This document shows positions 18,478 to 27,502 of a stretch of DNA of 41,958 bases, piece by piece. Under the pieces are notes generated by a model that did no database searches, was not told the origin of the DNA, and was given only the letters and a program-made list of their open reading frames with translations. Numbering within the stretch: the first letter of the stretch is position 1; every line of letters starts with the position of its first letter. The position numbers and the translations under genes are program-made. Origin of the DNA: an uncultured Planctomycetaceae bacterium (GTDB lineage Bacteria > Planctomycetota > Planctomycetia > Pirellulales > UBA1268). Location of the stretch: assembly GCA_903917235.1 (NCBI GenBank), contig CAIWZS010000033.1, positions 1-41,958 of the forward strand, read 5' to 3'.

Positions 18478-18804
18478 ATGCGCGTCGTTTGCCGAATCAA
18501 TCGCCCGATGACTCGTGGGGTGTCGAGCGCGATGGCCGGCGGCCTCTTCGCGATTGCGGTCGTCGTCGCGTCGCCGGTCGCGTCGGGCGCCGACAAGCCC
18601 GCGATCGATCCGGAAAAGGTCTTCAAGCGCAAGGATGCCGATGGCGACGGCAAGCTGTCGCTCGAGGAATTCAAGGCGGGTCTCAAGGAGAAGGCCCTCG
18701 AGAACGCCGACCGGCGTTTCAAGCGGGTCGATACCGACGGCAACGGCACGCTCTCGCTCGAGGAATTCAAGGCCGGCATGAAGCCGAAGCCGGCGGCGAG
18801 CTGA
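18478..18804 (+). CDS. Secreted EF-hand calcium-binding protein (two EF-hands)
   Basis: AGAAAGGTG RBS; signal peptide (..LFAIAVVVASPVASG-A); canonical loops DADGDGKLSLEE and DTDGNGTLSLEE; -10-like TACAAT at 18428. Confidence 0.88.
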   Translation: MRVVCRINRPMTRGVSSAMAGGLFAIAVVVASPVASGADKPAIDPEKVFKRKDADGDGKLSLEEFKAGLKEKALENADRRFKRVDTDGNGTLSLEEFKAGMKPKPAAS

Positions 18805-18900
18805 GTCGCCGGGGCGGGGTCGGAGTCGCTCGATCCGCACGCGGAGTGACTGGATCCGCGCGGGACACGTCCTGCACGGTGCCGAGGCCGCGAGGGCGGC

Positions 18901-19962
18901 TCACCGGCTCGTGACGAGCGCCGGCCACCAGCTGCAGAGATACCAGCCGCGGGGCGCGGTCATCTCCGCAAGCAGTTCGAGCGGCTCCCGCGCGCCGGGA
19001 ATCGCCCCGCCGAGGACGTCGTCGAGCAGGCCGCGCGGCCGCGAGTAGCGCACCACCCGGGCCGTGTCGGCCGTGAGGCCCGCGAGTTCAACCGCGCGGG
19101 CGACGGCGTCCTCGACGAAGCCGATGCGGTCGACAAGGCCCGCCTCGAGAGCCTGACGCGAGGTGAAGACCTGACCCGTCGCGACGGCATCGACCGCCTC
19201 CGCGTCGAGCTTCGGCCGGCCGGCCCGGACGATCTCCTTGAACCGCGTGAACATGTCGGCGACCAGCGACTCGAGCACCTCGCGCTCGCGTTCCGCCAGC
19301 TCCGGGGTGCGGTCTTTCGTGGGGCTGAGCATCTCCTTGAGCGGGCCGCTGGCGACGGAATCATCGCGCACGTCGATGCGCTTGAGCAGCTGCGAGAGAT
19401 CGAACGACGGGATGATCACGCCGATCGAGCCGGTGAGCGTGGCGGGCTCGGCGTAGATGACGTCCTCGCGCCCGCCGTTGGCCATGGCGACGTAGTAGCC
19501 CCCGCTGGCGGCGATGCCTCCCATGCTGACCACGACCGGCAGGTCGCGGCGCGTCGCCAGCCCGGCGATGCGGTGGTGCAGCTCGTCGCTGCCGCTGACG
19601 GTGCCGCCGGGAGAGTCGATCCGGAGCACGATCGCCCGGACGCTCTCGTCGGCCTCGACGGTATCGAGCTGGGCCCGGGCGAACCCCTCGCCTCCCATGA
19701 TCGCGCCCGAGATCGTCACGATCGCGACCTTCGCGGGCGCGGCTTTGGAGAGCGAGTGATACGTCTCGACGACCCGTGGGTCGCGCTGGAAGTACTGCGA
19801 GAACGCCCCCGCACTGCCGATCGCCGCCAGCAGCGAGACGCCGGTGATCAACCACGCCAGCCGGGCGCCCCAGCGGCCCCAGCCGCCGGCCTGCTCGAGG
19901 ATGACGCGCGTCGGCGCCTGCCGATCGAGGCGTGTGAAATCGTCCTGCACCATAGATGCCAT
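18901..19962 (-). CDS. sppA: Signal peptide peptidase SppA (36K type)
   Basis: N-terminal TM; AIVLRIDSPGG, VVVSMGGIAASGGYYVA, TLTGSIGVI, VATGQVFTSRQALEAGLVDRIG; -10-like TAGAAT on the minus strand at 20012-20017. Confidence 0.93.
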   Translation of the reverse strand: MASMVQDDFTRLDRQAPTRVILEQAGGWGRWGARLAWLITGVSLLAAIGSAGAFSQYFQRDPRVVETYHSLSKAAPAKVAIVTISGAIMGGEGFARAQLDTVEADESVRAIVLRIDSPGGTVSGSDELHHRIAGLATRRDLPVVVSMGGIAASGGYYVAMANGGREDVIYAEPATLTGSIGVIIPSFDLSQLLKRIDVRDDSVASGPLKEMLSPTKDRTPELAEREREVLESLVADMFTRFKEIVRAGRPKLDAEAVDAVATGQVFTSRQALEAGLVDRIGFVEDAVARAVELAGLTADTARVVRYSRPRGLLDDVLGGAIPGAREPLELLAEMTAPRGWYLCSWWPALVTSR

Positions 19963-20119
19963 CCTCGCGTATGTCGATCGGCACGAACCACGGATCAATC
20001 CCTGCGACACGATTCTAGCGTCGCTGGACCAGCGATGGCGTGCGAGTCGCCGGTTGGCAGTCGCGGGCTGTCGCGGCTACGATCCCACTTTCCCCCGCGT
20101 CCTTTTGGAGCCGCATCTC

Positions 20120-20866
20120 GTGTTCGTCTGTGTCAGCACGGAGTGCCTGCCCGACATGCCGCTCGCCGCGGCGATGGAGCGGCTGGCCGAGCTGGAGTTC
20201 ACGGCCGTGGAGATCGACATCCACGAAGGCGGCGGCCACTTGGAACCGGCCCGCGTGGCCGCGGATCCTGAGGCGGCGATCGCCGCCTGCAGCGACCTGC
20301 AGCGGCTGCGACCGGTCGCGGTCTCCTTCGCCGCGCCGGAGACGCCCGCACTGTACGACCATTTCGCCGCGTGCTGCCGGCTCGCCAAGGCGCTCGGCGT
20401 CGTGACCGTCGTCGTCGAGTCATCGGAGCTCGGCACACCCTTCAACGGGGAGATCGAGCGTCTGCGGAAGCTCGTCGCCATCGCGTCACGGCTCGGCGCG
20501 GTCGTCGGCGTGAAGACCGCGGCCGACCGGATGACGCAGGACGCCGAGACGACCGCCTCCCTCTGCCGGAACGTCCCCGGCCTCGGGGTCACGCTCGATC
20601 CCAGTCACTTCATCCACGGCCACAAGAAGCCCGCGTCCTGGGAGCCGATCCTCAAGTACGTCTGCCACGTGCACCTGCGCGACACGAAGGTCGACGCGTT
20701 CCAGGTGCGGATCGGACAGGGGGGCGTGGAATACGGGAAACTCGTCCAGCAGCTCGGCCGCGTCGGCTATGCGCGAGGGCTCTGTGCGCACATGGCACCG
20801 CTCGAGGGTGTCGACCAGGTGGCCGAACTGCGCAAGATGCGGCTGCTGCTCGAGACGCTGCTCTGA
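20120..20866 (+). CDS. Xylose isomerase-like TIM barrel (sugar-phosphate isomerase/epimerase family)
   Basis: STECLPDMPLAAAMERLAELEFTAVEI, VTLDPSHF, HVHLRDT, RIGQGGVEY; GGAG RBS before GTG 20120; -10-like TACGAT at 20079-20084. Confidence 0.85.
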   Translation: MFVCVSTECLPDMPLAAAMERLAELEFTAVEIDIHEGGGHLEPARVAADPEAAIAACSDLQRLRPVAVSFAAPETPALYDHFAACCRLAKALGVVTVVVESSELGTPFNGEIERLRKLVAIASRLGAVVGVKTAADRMTQDAETTASLCRNVPGLGVTLDPSHFIHGHKKPASWEPILKYVCHVHLRDTKVDAFQVRIGQGGVEYGKLVQQLGRVGYARGLCAHMAPLEGVDQVAELRKMRLLLETLL

Positions 20867-21089
20867 CCCATGTCGGCAGCCGGGTCTGCGGACGCGGCTG
20901 GATGCCCCATGTGGGCCACGCCGGTGGAGCGACGGCTTCGGGGCGGCAACGGGATCTCTTCCGCCGCTCCAACGGCGGATCGGCTCGTCGCGTGGGCCGA
21001 GGCGGCCCAAAGCTCCTCGAGCGTTCGCCGACCCCTCGCCTCCGTCTCCAGGTTTGCCAAGTCGTCGCTCCAGCTAAACCAGATGCGCT

Positions 21090-23300
21090 CTAACGGAGGG
21101 TGCCGCCCGTCGACTCGGCACGGCTCGCCATCTCGGCATAGGCCCTCGACTGGCGATCGTCCCCTTCCTCGGCGTACATCGTCGCAAGATTGCCGTACGC
21201 CACGGCCAGCGCCCGCTCGTCGAGGGTCCGCGCCTCCACGGCGGCGACCATCAGGTCGACCCCGCGCTGGCTCAGTGCGAGCGCATCCTCGCGCCGGCCG
21301 ATCTGCCAGTAGGAGATCGCCATGCTGACGTACGACTCGCCAAAGCGTCCCGCATCGGAAGCTGATGCGGCGACGTCGGTCGCCTTCTCAGGCTCCCAGA
21401 GCGGCACCACGCGATCGAACCAGGTCACGGCGGTCGCGTGGTCGCCGCGCTGCAGGCTGTGCATGATGCCGATGCGGAACAGCAGTTCGCCCACGTCCCG
21501 GCGCTCGGTCACCGTGAGGTCGCGATGCTCCGCACCCCGCTCGAGATAGGCTGCCGTGAGCGTGGCGTTGTCGAGCATGTCGGTCGCATCCCCGCGTTTT
21601 TCGGCCGCCGTGAGGGCGTCGCGGAGGCCGAGTCCGACCTCCCAATCGATCTGGCGACGTCGCCAGGGGTCGGTCATCGCCTCGCCCATCCGCTCGCGGA
21701 GTTCGAGCAGCCGCTTCACCCAGGGCAGCGGTTCACCGGCCTCGGTCGAACCGGCGGACGAGGCGAGCACGCCGCGGCAAAGCTGCAGCTCGAGGATGAG
21801 TCTCTCGGTGTCGGATCCCTTGAAGTCCGTCACGATCGTCTCGCTGCGCGCGATCCACTTCGGGATGACCCGGCTCTTCTGCTGCCAGGTGCCCTCGGCG
21901 ATCGCCCGGGCCGTGCCGATGTGGGCCCCGAGAAGCACCTCGGTGGCGGCCGCCTGCATCGCGGGCGACTTCTTCGCCGCGAGCGGCGCGGCGCGGCGAA
22001 TCGCGTCGGCGAAATGCTCCACCGCCGCCTGATGATCGGGCTCGGGCCCGGCGAGCGCGGCACGGCCGAGCAGCCTTTTCACCTGCGCCATGACGAGCGG
22101 TGACGGCCCCTCGCTCGTGGCGACGTGCTCGAGCACCACGCGGGCCTCGTCGGGGCGGTCGAGCGCGAGGAGGACACTCGCGTGCTTGATCCGCGTCCAG
22201 ATGTCCTGCGGGTCGAGCCGCACCGCGGTCTCCGCGAGCCGCAGCGCCTCGTTCCACCTGCCCTGCTCGCTGCTCATCGCGAGCAGGAGACGGTGGGCGC
22301 GGACGTGTTCGGGATCGAGCTGGATCGCATAGTTGAGGTCGGCGACCGCGTTGGCGGCCGACGACTCCATCTCGCCTTCGGCCCGGAGGACGAACGCCTC
22401 GGGATCGAGCGGTTCGATCATGATGCCGTCGGCCGCGCGCGTGCCCGGCTCCACGCTCAGGATGACACCGCGCTCGGGATACACCTCGCCGATCGATCGC
22501 CCCTCCTCGTCGAGGATCGACACGGTGCGGAGCTCGGAGATTTCCAGCTGCTTCGCCAGTTCGGCGATCGGCACCGCCTCGGCGAGCTTGATGCGGATCG
22601 CCGTCACGACGTCCTGCTCGATGGCCACCTCGACACGGTCGAACGGCTCGATCGACCAGGCGACCGCCTGTTCACCCTCTTCGGTCGTGAATGGCTCGCC
22701 TGCGCCCCACGTCGCCTCGATCTCGGCGCGGGTCGTCTTGCCGGGATGCACGCCGCGAAAGCTGGCCGGATCGATCGACAGCGCGGGCATCTCGTCTGGT
22801 GTGGCCGCGACCGGGGCGGTCACCGTCACCGGGGTCTCGGGGGCGTCGCGCCCCTCCGCGACGGTTTCGGTCGTGCGTTCGGCACCCTCGTCGGTCCGCG
22901 TCTCCGTGGCGGGGGCTTCGCGCGGGCCACCGAAGAGCGCCGTGGGCGTGGGCAGCGCCGCCATCCGCTCCGTGAGCCACCGTCGCACGGGGCCTTCACC
23001 GGACGAGTCGGTGTCGACCGGGGCCCGCTCGGACGTGCTCGACGTCGTCGCCTGCTCCTCCTGCTCGACTCCGGAGACGGTCACGGCTCCTTCCGGTCGC
23101 GCGGCCTTCGTCTCGGGTTGCTCGGCTGCATCGGGCCGTCCGGCACCGAACGACTCGATCCACTCCGGAAGCCGGAGCAGCGGACGGGGCGTCGATCGCG
23201 AGGGTGGTTCCGCGGCGAAGAGCGACGCCGGCAGGGCCCAGAGTGCGGCCAGGAACAGGCTCGAGGATACGAACGAACACGGCTTCCGCAGCGTGGCCAC
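21090..23300 (-). CDS. Exported TPR-repeat protein of unknown function
   Basis: AAGGAGG RBS before GTG 23300; signal peptide; low-complexity E/T/P/A linker; alpha/beta middle domain; TPR-like helices (AIQLDPEHVRAHRLL, AVRLDPQDIWTRIKHA, VAYGNLATMYAEEG). Confidence 0.8.
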   Translation of the reverse strand: MATLRKPCSFVSSSLFLAALWALPASLFAAEPPSRSTPRPLLRLPEWIESFGAGRPDAAEQPETKAARPEGAVTVSGVEQEEQATTSSTSERAPVDTDSSGEGPVRRWLTERMAALPTPTALFGGPREAPATETRTDEGAERTTETVAEGRDAPETPVTVTAPVAATPDEMPALSIDPASFRGVHPGKTTRAEIEATWGAGEPFTTEEGEQAVAWSIEPFDRVEVAIEQDVVTAIRIKLAEAVPIAELAKQLEISELRTVSILDEEGRSIGEVYPERGVILSVEPGTRAADGIMIEPLDPEAFVLRAEGEMESSAANAVADLNYAIQLDPEHVRAHRLLLAMSSEQGRWNEALRLAETAVRLDPQDIWTRIKHASVLLALDRPDEARVVLEHVATSEGPSPLVMAQVKRLLGRAALAGPEPDHQAAVEHFADAIRRAAPLAAKKSPAMQAAATEVLLGAHIGTARAIAEGTWQQKSRVIPKWIARSETIVTDFKGSDTERLILELQLCRGVLASSAGSTEAGEPLPWVKRLLELRERMGEAMTDPWRRRQIDWEVGLGLRDALTAAEKRGDATDMLDNATLTAAYLERGAEHRDLTVTERRDVGELLFRIGIMHSLQRGDHATAVTWFDRVVPLWEPEKATDVAASASDAGRFGESYVSMAISYWQIGRREDALALSQRGVDLMVAAVEARTLDERALAVAYGNLATMYAEEGDDRQSRAYAEMASRAESTGGTLR

Positions 23301-23587
23301 GAGAGTTCCTCCTTGAACGGCTGATCGAACGGCGATGTCGGGGCGGGCGGGGGACATGAATGCGGGGGGGACGGTAGGCGTGGCCGGCGACGCCGTCCAG
23401 ACCAGAAAGGCCGCTCTGCTCGAGACGGCATGCCGTCCCGGAGCCGATGGCCGGCGTGGTCGAGGAAGCCGGGGAAAGGTGGGGGAGACCGCCCGACACC
23501 CCGCCAGCGTGCCGGGCGTGCCCTGCCGTGCCGGTCACGACCACCTACACTGCACCGACGGATCCCGGGGCCGAGTCTGTGCAATCG

Positions 23588-25075
23588 ATGATGGACGACC
23601 GTGTGATGCCCAGGGCCGTCGTCCTCGGGGCAGGCATGGCCGGGCTCGCGGCGGCAGAGTCGCTCGTGGAGTCCCACTGGAAGGTCACCGTCATCGATGC
23701 GTCGGGGCGGCCCGGCGGCGTGCTGGGAACCCGCCGGGAGGACGGCTGGCTGGTCGAACGGTCGGCGGACACGTTCCTCGCGGCCCGGAGCGAGGTCATC
23801 GACATGGTCGCGCGGATCGGCCTGTCCGACGCGCTCGTGGGCGTGGCGCCCGAGGTGCGGCGCGCGCTCGTGTGGCACGGCGGCCGGGGCATACCGGCCC
23901 CGGACGGCTTCCGTCTCCTGGCGCCCGGCAGCGTCGGGGGCATCCTGCGCACGTCGCTCTTGTCTCCGGCGGGGCGGCTGCGGGTGCTCGCCGAGCGGTT
24001 CGTCCCGGCGCGATCTCGGCCGCGCGACACGGCCGATGACGACGAATCGCTCGAATCATTCGCCGTGCGTCGCCTTGGCCGCGAGGCGTTCGAGAACCTC
24101 GTGCAGCCGCTCGCGGCTGGAATCTGGACGGCGGACCCGGCACGCCTCGGGATGGCGGCCGCCTGCCCCGAGTTCTTCGCCATGGAGCGTGACGCCGGGA
24201 GCCTGTGGGCCGGAGAGCGCGCGCGACTCGCGGCCCGCGCGACCGCCGACACAGGTGATTCCTCGCGTCGCGGCGACCATGGCACGGCGGGTGCGAGGTA
24301 TGGGCAGTTCCTCACGCTCGTGGACGGCATGGAGTCGCTTCCCGTCGGGCTGGCAGCGCGGCTGCGGGCCAACGGCGTGACCTTCGTCACGGCGCGGGCG
24401 ACCGCGCTGGCGAGGCGCACGACCCACTGGCGGGTGGAGGGATCGGGTGATGATGGTCCCGTCATCCACGAGGCCGACGCCGTCGTCGTCGCGCTCCCCG
24501 CAGCGGCGGCGGCGACGCTGGTCCGTGGGGAGGATCCCGTCCTGGCCGCTGAACTCGCCGCGATCGAGTACGCGGGCTCGGCGATCGTTTCGCTGGGCTT
24601 CTCTCGCGGCGATGTGGCGCATCCGCTCGACGCAGCCGGCATGGTGGTGCCGCGGCGCGAGGGCCGGCGGGCCCTGGCGCTGAGTTTCTCGAGTTCGAAG
24701 TTTCCTGGGCGGGCTCCGGACGCGGCGGTTCTCGTGCGCGTGTTTCTCGGAGGGGCCCTCGATCCCGAGGTCGTTCATCTCGAGGAGGCACCGCTCGTGG
24801 ACCTGGCTCGGCGGGAGGTCGAGGTGCTGATCGGGGCGCGGGGGCAGCCCCGGCTCACGCACGTCGAACGCTGGCACGGAGCGATGCCCCAGTATCACGT
24901 CGGGCACGTGGCCCGCGTCGGGCGTGTCTCGGCCGCGGTCGGCCGTCATCCCGGTCTGGCCCTGGCGGGCGCCGCCTACGAAGGGGTCGGCATTCCCCAG
25001 GTCATCGCGTCGGGCCGCAGGGCGGCGGAGCGGGTCGTCTCCTCCGCGGCCCTCCCACCGGCCGGCGTGCGGTAG
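23588..25075 (+). CDS. hemG: Protoporphyrinogen/coproporphyrinogen oxidase (HemG/HemY, FAD-dependent)
   Basis: VVLGAGMAGLAAA, RPGGVL, VERSADTF, ESFAVRRLGRE, GIWTADP, GMVVP, SSKFPGRAP, RWHGAMPQYHVGH, LAGAAYEGVGIP; -10-like TACACT at 23546. Confidence 0.93.
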   Translation: MMDDRVMPRAVVLGAGMAGLAAAESLVESHWKVTVIDASGRPGGVLGTRREDGWLVERSADTFLAARSEVIDMVARIGLSDALVGVAPEVRRALVWHGGRGIPAPDGFRLLAPGSVGGILRTSLLSPAGRLRVLAERFVPARSRPRDTADDDESLESFAVRRLGREAFENLVQPLAAGIWTADPARLGMAAACPEFFAMERDAGSLWAGERARLAARATADTGDSSRRGDHGTAGARYGQFLTLVDGMESLPVGLAARLRANGVTFVTARATALARRTTHWRVEGSGDDGPVIHEADAVVVALPAAAAATLVRGEDPVLAAELAAIEYAGSAIVSLGFSRGDVAHPLDAAGMVVPRREGRRALALSFSSSKFPGRAPDAAVLVRVFLGGALDPEVVHLEEAPLVDLARREVEVLIGARGQPRLTHVERWHGAMPQYHVGHVARVGRVSAAVGRHPGLALAGAAYEGVGIPQVIASGRRAAERVVSSAALPPAGVR

Positions 25076-25086
25076 CCCGGGCCGGA

Positions 25087-25320
25087 CTACTTCTTCTTCG
25101 CCGCCGGCTTGGCGGCGGCCGCCCCCTCGGCCTCTTCCTTCTTGGGCTTCTTCTTTTTCATCGACATCTTCTGCACGCGTACCTTCGGCAGGCCGAGTGG
25201 GCTGCGGCCGTCACCCCAGAGATCCTGCTCCTTGAGTCTCGCGATGCGCTCGGCGCGCGTGAGCACTCCGCGAACGTTGGAGGCACCCTTTCGCACGCGC
25301 AGGCTCTTGTCCATCGTCAT
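25087..25320 (-). CDS. Small basic protein, signature protein of the PVC superphylum (TIGR04137-like), nucleic-acid binding
   Basis: MTMDKSL...RGVLTRAERIARL...W..GRSPLGLPKVR with a Lys-rich tail; GGAGA RBS. Confidence 0.9.
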   Translation of the reverse strand: MTMDKSLRVRKGASNVRGVLTRAERIARLKEQDLWGDGRSPLGLPKVRVQKMSMKKKKPKKEEAEGAAAAKPAAKKK

Positions 25321-25356
25321 GGCCGTCTCTCCGGTCGGAAGTTCATGTCAGCGGAA

Positions 25357-25385
25357 AGCGTAGGGAGGCCGTGGGTTCCGATCAA
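25357..25385 (-). promoter_or_regulatory. Sigma70-type promoter for the PVC signature protein gene
   Basis: Minus strand TTGATC (25385-25380) - 17 nt - TACGCT (25362-25357), inside the 78-nt spacer. Confidence 0.6.
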
Positions 25386-25398
25386 GGTCCGGGCCGAT

Positions 25399-26262
25399 TC
25401 AGCACGTCACCTTCGCGATTCGGCGGAGGAAGTCCTCCATGGCGGGTGGGCGGTCGCCCGGGTCGGCCGCGAGGCAGGCCATGATCGCGTCGGCGAGCGC
25501 GGCGGGGGCGTCCTGCCAGTGTGCCCGGATGTCCTTGGGCGTGGTGTCGTGCGCGAGCGCCGCCCGGCCGCTCGATCCCCGGGGCCACGGCAGCTCGCAG
25601 GTGCCGATCTCGTATGCCGTCACGCCGAACGAGAAGACGTCGAGTCGCCTGTCGGCCTGCCGTCGCCGCACCACCTCGGGCGCCATGTAGTTCGGGCTGC
25701 CGATGCGGTTCCCCGGCTGCATGAACACCGGCTTGTCGGGCACGGCCAGTCCGAAGTCGAAAAGCACGAGCGTGCCATCGGGTCGAAGGATGAAGTTGCG
25801 GGGGCAGATGTCCCGATGGACGTAGCCGGCCGCATGGACGGTGGAGACGGCCGTCGCCGCCTGGCGCACGAGGTCGAGACGCTGCGCTGGCGAGAGCGGC
25901 GTGCGTGCCATGAGCAGGCCGTGCAGCAGCGTGCCGTCGATGAATTCCTGCAGCACGAAGGGGGCACCGTCGCTGGACACGCCCCACTCGAGGGTGCGCA
26001 CGACGTTGGGTCCGCTGATCGCGAGCCCGATCTCCCCCTCGCCGGGCTTACCCAATCCTCGATAGCGGGCCTCGATCGGCTCGCTCTTGAGCCGGTCGAT
26101 CAGCTTGAGTCCGCGCAGCTCGCCGGACACGTTGTCTCGAACCTTGTAGAAGGTCGACATCGTGCCGACGCTGCTCTCACGCAGTCGCTCGAAGCGTCTG
26201 TCGAGATCGACACGCGTCGGCCGTGCCCTCCGTCCTGCAAACAGCCGCGAGAAGAAGCCCAT
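25399..26262 (-). CDS. Stand-alone Hanks-type (eukaryotic-like) protein kinase
   Basis: LRGLKLID (beta3 Lys), GEGE (helix C), PNVV, HRDICPRN, LFDFGLA, IGSPNYMAPE, DVFSFGVTAYE, DPGDRP; no TM or sensor domain. Confidence 0.93.
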   Translation of the reverse strand: MGFFSRLFAGRRARPTRVDLDRRFERLRESSVGTMSTFYKVRDNVSGELRGLKLIDRLKSEPIEARYRGLGKPGEGEIGLAISGPNVVRTLEWGVSSDGAPFVLQEFIDGTLLHGLLMARTPLSPAQRLDLVRQAATAVSTVHAAGYVHRDICPRNFILRPDGTLVLFDFGLAVPDKPVFMQPGNRIGSPNYMAPEVVRRRQADRRLDVFSFGVTAYEIGTCELPWPRGSSGRAALAHDTTPKDIRAHWQDAPAALADAIMACLAADPGDRPPAMEDFLRRIAKVTC

Positions 26263-26279
26263 GCCGCACGTCGGGGTGG

Positions 26280-26450
26280 TCAGGTCTGCTTGAGGGCGGC
26301 GAGTTCGGCATGGGCCGCGGCGAGTTCGCGCTCGAGCCGCGGCACCTCAGCGGGGTCGTCCGGCTGGCGCTTGGCCCCGGTCAGCTGCTGCTGGAGCTTG
26401 GCGATCTTCTGGTGGAGCACCTCCATGCGCTTCTTCTGCTTCTTGTCCAC
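26280..26450 (-). CDS. Small 56-aa basic coiled-coil-like protein (absent from the ORF track)
   Basis: GGAGGTG RBS, GTG start: MDKKQKKRMEVLHQKIAKLQQQLTGAKRQPDDPAEVPRLERELAAAHAELAALKQT-stop; GC3-biased codons (AAG, CAG, CTC). Confidence 0.8.
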   Translation of the reverse strand: MDKKQKKRMEVLHQKIAKLQQQLTGAKRQPDDPAEVPRLERELAAAHAELAALKQT

Positions 26451-26573
26451 TCGTGTCTCACCTCCACACGCGTCTCCGATTCCCGGCCCGCGGCCACCCG
26501 ACCGGGGTCGAGATCGGACTTCTGTCGCTCATGGTCGTGCCCGCGCCGGGGGGCTGTCGGGGCTGCGCGTCGA

Positions 26574-27263
26574 TCAGTCGGCCGGTTCGGTCGGCGCCGC
26601 GGCCTCCCGCGGCGAGGCGTCCGCCGGCGCGCTCGTCGCTCCGCCGACCCGGTCGTCTCCGTCCGGTGTATCGCGGCGCGGTCGGTCGGAGTCGCCCGCG
26701 GCGTCGGTGCGGGGGCCGGCACCGGCGTCGTCCAAGGCCGTGGCGGGCGCCGACGTCATCGACACCCCACCCCCCGAATCCGCGAGGTTCTCTCCGGTAT
26801 GGAGGTTGCGCATCCAGCTCGAAATCATCACCACCCCGAGCATCAGCCCGATGGTGACCGACAGCCATGTCGCCCGATTGTCCCGCATCCACTGCGTTCC
26901 CGCTCCGCGTCCGACGAGTCCGCTGGCGAGGTAGAACGCCACCATCGCGAGCAGGAACTTGATGCCGAACAGCGCGTGGTAGCCGTTCACGGCCATCCAT
27001 CGCCCCTCGCCCCATCCCTCCGCCTTCACGCGGGAGTTGAACAGCAAAAAATTGGCCAGGCCGCTGGCGAGCAGCACGGTGATGGCCGCGATGACGAACG
27101 GCAGCCACTTTCGTCGCACGGCATCGTGCACGCGATCCCGGGTCGATGCATCGAGTTCCGAGACGGCCGGCAGCAGCGCGAAGCGGGCGAAGACGAGGCC
27201 GCCCATGGCGATCACCGCCCCGAGCACGTGAGCCCATCTCAGGGCGAGGAGAGTCGGATCCAT
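26574..27263 (-). CDS. Four-TM membrane protein, CopD-like/DUF4149-like, with low-complexity acidic tail
   Basis: LRWAHVLGAVIAMGG, LLASGLANF, YHALFGIKFLLA; -10-like TAGCAT on the minus strand at 27418-27423. Confidence 0.7.
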   Translation of the reverse strand: MDPTLLALRWAHVLGAVIAMGGLVFARFALLPAVSELDASTRDRVHDAVRRKWLPFVIAAITVLLASGLANFLLFNSRVKAEGWGEGRWMAVNGYHALFGIKFLLAMVAFYLASGLVGRGAGTQWMRDNRATWLSVTIGLMLGVVMISSWMRNLHTGENLADSGGGVSMTSAPATALDDAGAGPRTDAAGDSDRPRRDTPDGDDRVGGATSAPADASPREAAAPTEPAD

Positions 27264-27502
27264 CGTGAGCCCTCGGGGGTGGCCGCGGGGGAGGCACCTC
27301 CCCGCGATGGCAGAATCGTGAAATGAGAACCGTCGGGAGGGCAGGGGGGAATGCGGCTGCAGATGCGAGCCACATCTCGGCATGACGCCCCGGCCCGCCC
27401 GCAGCCGATCGCCTGAAATGCTACCGGATCGTCGCGCGACACCCAAGCGGCCAGCGTCATCCGCCAGGGGGTACCCGGTTCACGACGATAGAATCGATCG
27501 GC

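Noticed and set aside
18655-18780. DNA direct repeat TCGCTCGAGGAATTCAAGGC
   Set aside because: Explained by the two EF-hand coding repeats (SLEEFKA).
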